Of a DNA stretch of 64,000 nucleotides, positions 40,555 to 50,955 are shown piece after piece. Made by a program: the position numbers and the translations under genes. Within the stretch, counting starts at the first letter, position 1. Each line of letters starts with the position of its first letter. The DNA comes from Raillietiella orientalis (Eukaryota). The stretch lies in NCBI GenBank assembly GCA_036172245.1, contig JAYWIR010000017.1:1922001-1986000 (forward strand). Reading direction: 5' to 3'. The notes beneath the pieces were generated by a model. That model was given only the letters and a program-made list of their open reading frames with translations. It was not told the origin of the DNA and ran no database searches.

Positions 40555-41746
40555 TTCTTTATTGTTTTGCTTTACAATTAGATAACATGTTATGGGGGGG
40601 GACACCTTGACATTCTTCTGCGATTCTTTCTCCACTCATCTGGTGTGCGCTGGTCACCCCTTAGCATGTCGCTTCCTCAGCTTGCAGTTCTTTGTCTCGC
40701 AAGAGCTGGCCTCTTCTGCATCTTTGTCGGTCCTTCGTGTGACGTGAGCTGCATGGATGTCGCTGCAGTACCGGATGCACGGAGCCTTCATTCTGTGGCT
40801 CATCGTCCCCAAGTGCCTTTTTAGAATTCCAAGGTGCTATAGTACTTCCTCGTTTCGCAGATCCCAGGCTTCCAGGAAGCCAACGATGAAAGCATGCATC
40901 TTGCATTTCCTCTCCTCTGTTCCTAGCTGGAGAGCTACTGTCCTTGTATTTTTCCTGTTTTCTCCTCCTAGCTGCGCTGAACGCTTCACCTCCACCCTCG
41001 TACGGGCAGCAGACGTCCAGCACTGTTGCTCGATTTCCTTTTTTCATCAGAAAGTCCGGTCTCAAGAGGAGTTTGCCCTGGAGCTCTCTGGTTAGTGGAC
41101 ACCAGGGTCCACTTTGCTTCATCCTCTGCGGCCTTGATAATCATCTCTTAAATCGCGTCTTGTCGAGCAATGGGCAGAAGAAAGTGCCTCCTGCATCCGT
41201 TTAACATGTGAGACACCGCTTCGTCCTCTGTCAGCCAGCGCCGACACGCGCGTTCGTTCCATCCTGGACCGAACGCGCGTTCTAACTGGGACGCGGACCA
41301 GTTCTAACTGGTAGGACGTTTAGCCTGGCTACATGGATGAATCTGTAGTCCTGGAATCTCAGCTGATCACCATCGGTGAAGAAGAAGCTTGAGGCATGGT
41401 GCATGCCCACACACTGCGTGTCTCTCCCTTGGCAGATGTGTTACTGGACCAGGAATTGCCATGCGTGTTCCTTCGCGGTGCTCTCACGCCGGAAGTAATC
41501 TTCCTCCCCATGGTGCTGCTGAAGATCATGCTGTTGACCGTTATGTGGTGAGCTCTCCAGCAGATTTTTCCAGAGGGCTTTTGTTCTTCTCTCGAAGCCG
41601 TTCTTACTTTTGCGCCAAAGGCTCTTGACGTCCCTGCCACGTGAGGATTCTCCGCAGGAAGTGCCCGTCACGAATTCACTGAGGTCCTCATCTGTTGGCA
41701 TTTCGAGGATTCTGTTCGGGACCACCTTGTCTAGTGTCTCTTCGAC
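40555..41746 (-). mobile_element. Degenerate 5'-truncated RLE-type non-LTR retrotransposon (NeSL/Utopia-like), post-RT region to 3' UTR
   Basis: Minus-strand motifs occur in the expected order across frameshifts and stops: TLDKVVPNRILEMPTDEDLSEFVTG...DVKSLW; DYRFIHVARLNVLPVR; a decayed knuckle ACRRWLTEDEAVSHMLNGC...RQDAI; the restriction-like endonuclease LRPDFLMKKGNRATVLDVCCPYE...FSAARRRKQEKY (PD..D..KxxKY); and AFIVGFLEAWDLRNEEVL*HLGI...IRYCSDIHAAHV. AATAAA lies at 40563-40558. Boundaries are approximate and no TSD was found. Confidence 0.9.
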
Positions 41747-44352
41747 AAAGAAAAACTGTAGGTGAAACGTAGATCGAAAAACACGCCATGGCGAATTCAA
41801 CTAATTATGTAGTTAACAAAACTGATTGGCTCAAAAGACAAAGGTTTGCACAGTTACCAGTAGTCTCAGCAAACGTCAGATGCAATAAACATCTAAGAAA
41901 AGGAAAATTTCATCATCTGCGCAATGAAAATTAGATGGTAATCCGATCAGATGATATTCTGTTAAAAAATGGAAGCAGTACTATCATCATCCCAAAGGAC
42001 GTCATCCCAATCGTCATTTGAATTCTAAAGTAAGTTGGATCGGAGAGGATTTCTCGGAAAATCACTTGGCAGTCGATTTTGCAAAATTGAATATTTTTTT
42101 TTGAGATGCATGCACGTTCCTTAAACTAATTTATGGGATCCGATCAGATACTTCCTCCATAGATGCTTTTTCCGTCGATGAAAATATCTGACAAACTTCG
42201 CCATTTCCTCCAAGTCTCATTGTGTTCCTCTTAAGGGGATCTCCCTTATTTTCATCTGCCTAAAACAGTGGTCCTTTTTTTTGTGGCGGGCAATAAGCCA
42301 TCAAGTCGCCTCATCAAACCATGGCCCAGTAAATTCATATATCAGTTGAAAGAACTCGAAAATTCAGAAAAGAAGCTGCAAGTTTGAGACGCACGGTGCC
42401 TCAGGGCAGCTGTGAGAAAGACCATGCTCACCAAGCTATTGCGACCTACATCCTCTTCAGGTAAAATTGCTTGCTTTTGGCTGATTGGCTTATTTTGCAC
42501 TCTGATCCGGTCATTTTATTTACGAATAAGCTACCTTAATTATGGCATTTTTCTCAGACATGTAAAGATGGAGCGAAGTCATAGATTCTGCATCTCTATA
42601 GTTGCCCAGAAGGGTTAGAGCAACCATTGCTCTTACTTTCACGGCGAAATGTGTTTTTGCCTAAACAGCTACCGGTATTTTTGATTTTCGATTTCCATAA
42701 CGATCTTCCACCTTTGTGGATCTGTGTTTCATGAAGATTTTTCTTATTTTCGTTTTTCTTCTCCTGCATTTTGTAGGTTGAACGGTCCCATAAAGTCATG
42801 AGAGGAAAGTTTTTCAAATTACCCAAATTACCAGTTTATCTAAATCAGATAATCTCAGCATCCCTTCACTGATTCGCAAATGTTGCAAACATCGGTGGGA
42901 ATTCTAATTTTTATTATTATTGTGCATCTGCATTTTTTTTTTTTTTTTTTTTCAAGCGGAGCACTTTAAAAATGCAGAATCTTGCAGTATGATTTGATTT
43001 ATGATACAGTGCAATTAACACGGACTTTGTTTTGGAATGGACCCCTTTTTCATGATGAGCTATTTGTTTATTTCATCAACACCCTGTTTTCTCGTTTCCG
43101 AATGTAATAAGTCCTCGTTCTCTCTTGGAAAATAAAAGTTTCAGTTAACACGAGGCTGTGTCGTGAACATTTCGTGCACTTATGGGATTAGTCCCAATGA
43201 TCTTTGTCCTTTCTTCCAACTGCCAAGAATCCGGTTGTGTGCTCATCTGTGCCATATTTTCAGATTGAACGCGTTTACCTGCTTGGTCCTTGCATTGCTG
43301 TGTATACCTGCTCCCTTCTCATTTGCAAACGCCAAACAGATCATGCCAAATTATGCCGGCCTCTCTTCATAACCTCCGAAGCCCTCTTCGGCTTTGGTCC
43401 GTATTTCAGTGTTTTCCTCTAAACTGTTCCTTTATACCGTTTTGACAGCTGTATTTTCCCATTTATCCTATTCAGTCGGTATAAAATGAGTGAGACTGCG
43501 ATTGTATTTACAGAATGAAAAATTCGCTTGTGTCCTTGAATGTTCATCAGATTTTTTCAGCGTGTTTGCATTGCTCTTGGGGTTTGGGAAAAATTCAGAA
43601 ACTCCTTCTTTTTTTTTTTCCTTATCCACTTGTTATAAGCATTTTTTTTCTTGTACTGATGTCTGTAATTTTCCAACTTTCTTCACCTCACCTTGAATCC
43701 GGTTCTTTAAACTAAAACTTCTCTCAAAGTAGGTTTGGTTGGCTCATCTCTTGCGCTTCTTGGTCTACCACTATGCAATGTGCTCCTTCTTTTCTGTGAT
43801 CCTCTGATTTTCTGTCATCTAAATGATTTGTTTGATTATAAGAGTTTTCCATGATTGATCCAAAGATGGCATTTAGACAGATTCATGCCATCATTCCACG
43901 TAATTATCATCACTGTGTAAAACGCCTCCCTCTCTGAATCGCCATTCTCCTGAAATTATGTTTCTGTTTTATCATCCCTCCAGTCACTTAAAGCACGTCA
44001 TCTGAAATCCAAGAAGCTGCCATCATGACCATGGAAACGAAGCTTCTGAATTCTCACTCTGTCCATTCATCCAAACTAAAAGACGAGATTGTTACCGAAT
44101 CATTTCTTCTTTTGCCTTTTGTGCCATTATTTCCGTGTTTCCTGCTCCTTAGCGATCCTGGATCAGATTTTTTGTGCGATTAGAGCATATTTCCTCAGTC
44201 CGGATTCACACTGATTCATATAGTATTTGCTTACTCTTGCGTTTTGTTTGATCTTTAGCAAAACTGATGCCAGTTTTGGAGTGAATATGGCTCGAAACAA
44301 AGACGTATATTGGATTAGCATATTTAGCATGTCTTCCTGTGAACCGTACTCC

Positions 44353-44426
44353 TTGCGTGTACACTGACTTTGAGATGGGCATGAGCAGACGCTTAATTTT
44401 TCTTACCTGTTTCTCGTGAATCCCTG
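44353..44426 (+). repeat. Diverged direct copy of an internal segment of the adjacent 191-bp repeat (about 160-bp spacing)
   Basis: ttgcgtgtacactgactttgagatgggcatgagcagacgcttaatttttcttacctgtttctcgtgaatccctg aligns with ttgcgtgtactctgacttcaagatcgtcatgagcagacgctgacctttcttaccagtttctagtgggccctg at about 44513-44584. Confidence 0.75.
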
Positions 44427-44615
44427 TTTCGATCCTATGTAGTTTGCACTCGCAATCTTTTTTCAAAAATTTAATATTTATTGCTGATGCATACTGATTC
44501 TCGAAAGTGTTATTGCGTGTACTCTGACTTCAAGATCGTCATGAGCAGACGCTGACCTTTCTTACCAGTTTCTAGTGGGCCCTGCTGCTGTGATTCAACG
44601 GAGAGACTTGCTAGT
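44425..44615 (+). mobile_element. 191-bp interspersed repeat, copy 1; likely non-autonomous Helitron 3' end
   Basis: Reverse complement of 46776-46966 with only a handful of differences by eye. Homology stops exactly at CTAG|T. An imperfect hairpin CTGT-GATTCA-ACGG lies 9 nt upstream of CTAG, matching the Helitron 3' layout. Confidence 0.6.
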
Positions 44616-46775
44616 TTCTGAAGATTTTTGAGGGCTGTCGCGATGAGCCATCACCTCATTGCGTATGTCATCTTCCCATGGAACCGACTTAGCATGCACT
44701 GTGAGAAAGATTTTGAATTCATGCATCCAGATGCTCTTGGATTTTCCAGATAAATTTTGCCTTTGCACCTGAAGTAGTTTTCCCGGTTTATGATGGCAAA
44801 CAACACCATGTTTCTAACAGACGTGCCTTCTGCTTTGCGCAGATAGAGTCCTAGTTGCATCACTGTCATTGTGAATAGAAGTGGTTGAATCCCAACCGGT
44901 TGACCAATTGTCCCGCTCTCATCCGAAAACTAATATTGGCTTAATGTGATGCGATATCCAAGAGCGCATACTTCAGAGAGTTCGTGGTCATTTGATGTAT
45001 GCCACTATCTGATATTAAAGACCAACACCATATGGTTTATTTTGATCCTGGAAATTCTTGCTGTTCCTCTTCATCATATATCAGACTACTCTGCACTTAT
45101 CTAAAGACCGCATTTACATCTGTAGTGGATTGGATACTTCCTATGCACACTTTCAAGAGCTTCTTTGGCTTTCTTAGGCTTTTTTCCCTCCACACTGAAA
45201 ACGAGATTTTTCTTGGAATGATCTTTCCTTACGTTATTTGCTTGCATAATGAAAGTTTTAAGATTTCACCACCTTTGCGAAGGTGGTTACATAATTTGTT
45301 TCTTGTTTGTTGTTCAAGACGCAAAACTTTCAGCATTTGATTTCGAATTAAATGCGGAAATGAGTTTTCTATATTCTTGCATTATAAGTGTTCAATAGGA
45401 CGTGCTCACAAGGAATATAAGATGTCGGTGTCGAGTGACGTCACAAAACACGCAATGTTGACATCAGCGTAAAGGGTATTGAAAAAAAATTATACAGATT
45501 ATACTGTACGCAGAATTCGAAATCGGTGCTGAGGAAATCTATCAGCAGAACAAAAATGATTGGTTACTTATAAACATTTTGGAATCAAGACAAATCAGTA
45601 TCGTCCATCCCGAAGGTTACGAAGATGGTTTGGTTTCTATCTTCTTGTCAGAGCAGTCTTGGTATTTTTTTGAGGAAATTCCGAGCTAAACAACAAAAAT
45701 TCAAGATCAGACTTGTTTTAGAATTAATGCTAACTTTTCTAAATAATCGAGACGCGTGCTTGCAAAAGAATCGACATAAAATGTTCCAGATATTTTTTTT
45801 TTTCTGGAGGAGCTTATGTAGGGGTTCGTGTAGCATGCTAAATTTCACCCAGCGTTTTTTCTGAGAAAGAACTTTATTATAAAGGAGAGGAGCAGAATTC
45901 GAATTTCAACAGAAAAATAATTAAATTTGGAGTAATCATTAGCAATATTCTCGCAGCCAAACTTTCATGGATAGTGATTTTAGTCGTCAATGACAAATGA
46001 TCCGCAGTAAAATGAAAGAGGAAAAAAGGAAAAAAAAGCATGAAACCTTCTTCGATGAGTTTTACTGTTCTTCACGATAGATAAACATGCAGTAAATTAT
46101 ACATCCAAACTATTGATACTGTATTTATGTTTACGGTCATTACTACAACTCCAGCGCCACGGTGCATTCGCTTCATCGAGCATGACGTTGTGTGTCATGC
46201 AGTAACGCAGTCGTGTTAGTTTTTTCAGTGAATCACTTCAAGACCGAGTCCGAGTCATGTAGGAAAAACATCAAAATTTTATGGCTTGCTCGTGAGCGCC
46301 TTTTTCATCCTTCTTGCTCTCCTTTAACAGTCGATGCGTCCTGTTTTCGAATTTTCATTTGCAATTACATCCGAAGCTTGATAGGAATCAAAACATTTAA
46401 CCTCTCATTTTTTATGCAGAACGCACTCCTTTCTTAGCTTACACGAACATCACAAGTCTTAGAGAACTGCTTCCAGAGTCAGGTGCAAGTTGCTCCCTGC
46501 TTATGCTACTTTCAAAGTTCCGTTTCTCTATTACCCCTCCCTGATCATATGAATTCGATGAGCATGGCGAAACGCTGAAGAAATCACAAGCCATCAAAAA
46601 AGGTGTTTGCTGGGGAAAAGCTACGCCCGAAGCACAAATAATTCCTGAAGTAACAAATCTCGCTGCTCACATCGTGAAGCAATAACTGCTATGCATGGCA
46701 GCTGCGTAATTCCACACACTCGTCTACACAATTTCTGATCAGAAACCGAAAATTCTTGACATTTCTAGTGTCCCT

Positions 46776-46966
46776 ACTAGCAAGTCTCTCCGTTGAATCA
46801 CAGCAGCAGGGCCCACTAGAAACTGGTAAGAAAGGTCAGCGTCTGCTCATGACGATCTTAAAAGTCAGAGTACACGCAATAACACTTTCGAGAATCAGTA
46901 CGCATCAGCAATAAATATTAAATTTTGAAAAAAGATTGTGTGTGCAAACTACATAGGATCGAAACA
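46776..46966 (-). mobile_element. 191-bp interspersed repeat, copy 2 (inverted); likely non-autonomous Helitron 3' end
   Basis: actagcaagtctctccgttgaatcacagcagcagggccc...acataggatcgaaaca is the reverse complement of 44425-44615 and ends in CTAG|T on the minus strand. Confidence 0.6.
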
Positions 46967-49231
46967 CAGTTTTACGCAGTACATAGAGGAAGAAATGAAA
47001 GCGGAATTACATCTTGCTCGCAAGTTATGCGCTGATCACAGGTTGCTCCTTCGTTGAGTTCTTGTAGGCTTTCCTCCATGCACTTTTTCGCTTCTACCGA
47101 AGTGGGTGGAGGAAACGTATGCTCTACACTGGACAGAATCGAATCTTCTACACTACACGGATTCCTCGCCCTTCTGCCTTCCCGTTCAACAGTATTTTCA
47201 GCCAAGATCTTTAATGGGTGTAAGCGAAGGTATCAAAAACGATGAGCCAGTTTCGATTGGGATCTAGGCAGTTGCAATGAAGAAGCATCTGGAAAGAGAT
47301 GTAGGCGCGAACACAAGCACGTCGTGAAGATTTTGGTTTCTCAGAGATGTACGTGCCGAAACTTGTCGACTTACTTGTTTGATATTTTCTTTTAATCTGA
47401 GTACCAAGTTCAGTATCTCAACAGAACGAGTTCCTTGGCGACAAAAAAGAGAGATCCTGGAAAAAAAGCTGTTTGAAGGCAGTCATTTATTCAGCTCATC
47501 CTTTTTCTCCGAAACGCATTCTTCTTTGGGTTGAACCAGCGACTACACTTCTGCTCTGCGTTTTAACAATCTACATCGGCAGCTTTGCATTAGATAACCG
47601 GAGATGCTCATAATTTCAGATCTTCTTGTTTTCTTCTGCTTTTTGTTATCTTTGAGGATACAGATCCATATTCAGAGGAATGGCGCTATTTGGTCTGCTG
47701 AGCTTTGCCTTACCCGATGATGACTCGTCTATCATAATTCACGTACGCCGTTCTTCATGCAAGCAGAGTCCTCTCTTTGCAAGAAAACGAAACTGCGTTC
47801 CTAGCTCATGGAGGCTTCTCCTTCCTCGTTTTCTTCATTTTTTTTTTTTTGCAGAGTACATCCATCCTCTCGTATTCACATAATCCTATGTTGGTTGTTT
47901 CGGATTTCATATTTCGATTTTTTGTGCTGTATGATCTTTGGATTAAGATACGTGTACTGCTGATTCTCTGTAATTTTGCATGATGAACGTGAAATCAAAC
48001 ACTGTTCTTACCGATTATTCAAGTCTATAAGTTTGCAGCTTATTCACGAAATAAAAAATAATCGCGTAATTAATTTATATAGATATGTTATTTTCATGCA
48101 TTAGTTTTTAAAATTCTAATATTCCGATTTTACCTTGCGAATTTTGGTTTTCAATTCAACCTTTAGACCTAATAGATTTCCACCATTGAGGTTTCCTCTC
48201 TACGAGTACGGAAATTAGTTCTCTACCAAGATATACTTGGGTACCATTTTATTTATGTGTTCAGACTTGGTGGTCTCTTATATATTGTTAACCCTTTTTT
48301 CCAGATCCTTTGGGCAATCGGTTTCCTTTGGTTACTTCACTGCATTCTTCTAGTATACTGGTAGTCGCTGCTTCCCAACAGGTTTCACTGAGAAGCATGT
48401 TTCGGGATTCTCTAAAAATAGCTGGATTCTCATTCGGCTATCCATAGTAATGTTGCAAAACAGAGCAATCATCTGTTGTCGATTTTTTTTTCTACATAAA
48501 GAGTGTTTTTTGTGTGGACTAATCCAAGCACTCCTGGAGCAGACAACTCGGACTCAAAATTGGCCACTGAATTTCCACACTGCTCTGCTTTTGCATCATA
48601 CAGAGTCCTGGGTTCAATGAAAGAATATTTAGGATCATGCCGATAAGTAACAAAGATGTTTGGTGAGAAAATTCAAGCATTTTTTATTTCTGCTTTAGCT
48701 TCAGTCCGAGAATGCGATGTCAAGGACTTCTTACAGTTACGAGCACACTTTTTTCTTCTTGAAATGTCACGAACTCCTTCACGATTGAACAAACAGAGCA
48801 GTAATGTAACCCATTTCTTTCTATTTTCAGGCATTTATAGTCAAATCGCAATTCTATTCTGCTCTTTGAGGATTTTTGGAAGGCGAATTCTTACAGAGAG
48901 CATGCTCCACCAAATTGGTATCCCTGGAGGTCTGACTTGTTTGTTGATTACTCGTTGTCATAATTCATTTGTGGAGATGGCCTCTTTACCCTCGCACCGA
49001 TAAATTTGTGGGTGCGTTTTTTCTTGTGAGAGTGGATAAGAACACTTATTCTTATAGGTGAGTAGTGGCGAGAATCGACGACCTCATCTGCAGCAGGAAC
49101 GTTTGGATCCACTCTCGTTCGGATGGTGGCAAGCATGCTTCCCTAAATCTGTTCACTCAACGTTGCTCCCCTCATTTCATCCTCTATGATGACAGTTTTC
49201 ATAATAATAGCAATGAAGATGATTTTCCGTA

Positions 49232-49248
49232 TGACATTCCAGTGCGAT
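49232..49248. repeat. Target-site duplication (left copy) of family A copy 1
   Basis: TGACATTCCAGTGCGAT occurs at 49232-49248 and 50939-50955. The last 3 nt overlap the element's conserved 3' ATC, so the TSD is 14-17 bp. Confidence 0.92.
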
Positions 49249-50938
49249 TTTCCCAAAGTCCCACAAGGGGTGGGGTAAATTTATTTTCTTTTATCATTCA
49301 CACTACATACTCATTCATTCAATTTTCATTTCACTGTCACTTAAAATTCTTGAAAGTTCACTAACTAGGATTCACAACACTGGGGTTCTGCATTAGGGTG
49401 GGCTAGGCGTTGATTGAGCCTGGACATTATCTTCGATCCTTTTCAAGATGTATCGATAAGTCCAGGTCGGCACTCTGCCACAGTTCCTTATGCCGATCTC
49501 TTTCTGGATAACCCCTTTCAGGATTTCCATGGGAGATGCGGCCGTTCTGGTGTTCCTCATTTTCCACCATCTTATGAGGATGGCGGTGATGAATAGGGCA
49601 ATGGTCATCCTAACCATGGGTTGTAACAGGGGACGTTTCCACTTCCCTGGAACTTCTTGGCTAGAACTTCCGTTGGCGAGTAGTTTTGCGGCCTTATGAA
49701 ACTTTTCAGGGTCTGCCAGTCTTGATGGATTGTGGGGCAGGTCAAGACGTGAAATCTGGTCTCCACATCCCCTCATGCTCTGCAGTCCTCATCTTGTCTT
49801 GCTCCTGTAAAATGTTTCATTCTAGACCCGTTCAGGATTCCTCCATGGCAGAACATCAGGAGATTATCCTGGGAGTCTGGCGGTGGGTCACTCCTCCAGA
49901 TCATGGTTCCGACCGCCAGGGGATTAACAGTGTCAGCCCCGTGGCGATGGGCAGTTTCCTGGAGGGCACTGGTGTCTTTATCGTCTTCTCTTATGATGCG
50001 GCGTAGATTGTTCTTGGACCACGTGCAGTTGTTGTGGTTTTTCTACGCTTCGCGGGTCTTGTGGGTGAACCTTCTCGTCATCATGTCAATGTATCGGAGT
50101 ATCCGGGAGTGGTGGTGGTGGAATCCACTCCGCTTCCACTACTGTATTCGGTGTAGGGTGACTCTGGGCCTGACTCTTGGTAGATCCAGCTCCTCGTGTC
50201 GCTAGGGACCGGGAGCATCCAGGGGATCACCAAGATGGTTCCTTCCTCCCAGAGTTCCTTGTTTCGAGGCACGATCTTGATTTGGTGCTTTCGCACCAGT
50301 GCCAGCTTCCTTTTCCGGGTCGGGTCGATAGATAACCACTCCCCTGCTCGACTTAGCAACGCAGTTATCAGGCCTCTCGAGTTATTCAGGAATAACGAGT
50401 AGACCCTATGAGCAGCGTACGGCCAGTCGTCCCAATGAGTCGCGGTGTCCAGGAACTGTCGCGTGTCTATGATGTCAATGGCGTGTCCTAGCGACTGCAT
50501 CCCGGTGCCTTCTCCTTCCTTGGAGTTTCAGTCGGACCCTTGGTCGATACGTGTTCCATAGAGTCTTCCGTTGCAGCTTTTCCACTTCGCGTCGGGTGTT
50601 CTTGTTCAATCTGCAGAAGGCCGCTCCAAAGAGAATCTTTGAAAGTAGGGCACCATTCCAAAGATTGGCCCTCCGCTTCACGTTGAAATCCACCCGGGTG
50701 TACTTCGCTGCTTCTTCAGCTGTTTTGCCCAGGATTTCCGTCCACAGCAGCTTCGCCGATGTGAACTCCCAGGTACTTCACCACGTCCACCCTTGAAATC
50801 CCTTCCCCATGAGTGTGGAGAGATCCAGGATTCCAACGGGCAAAAGTTGACTTTTCTGGGCATTGATCTTTAGCCCCAGTCCTTCTCCCACGTGCTCCAC
50901 CACATCCAGAAACGCTCGCTGATTCTTTTCCAGATTCC
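49246..50938 (-). mobile_element. 5'-truncated L1/Tx1-like LINE (family A, copy 1), from RT motifs 6-7 to the 3' end; frameshifted
   Basis: The minus strand reads GEGLGLKINAQKSQLL (RT motif 6), VVKYLGVHI (motif 7), RRANLWNGALLSKILFGAAF, WDDWPYAAHR, a decayed CCHC region ending HVLTCP, and MVRMTIALFITAILIRWWKMR...TPSPP* (stop at 49393). It is collinear with 53233-54733 and flanked by the exact repeat TGACATTCCAGTGC(GAT). Confidence 0.93.
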
Positions 50939-50955
50939 TGACATTCCAGTGCGAT
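50939..50955. repeat. Target-site duplication (right copy) of family A copy 1
   Basis: Identical to 49232-49248. GATAGCAT lies at 50953-50960. Confidence 0.92.

Noticed and set aside
44425..46966. Single 2.5-kb TIR transposon or MITE
   Set aside because: There is no TSD at the outer ends and no transposase inside, and the terminal signature (hairpin plus CTAG|T) is on the inner ends.
49414..50402. Plus-strand ORFs over family A copy 1, and minus-strand ORFs over copy 2
   Set aside because: These are antisense shadows of the GC-rich LINE coding sequence.
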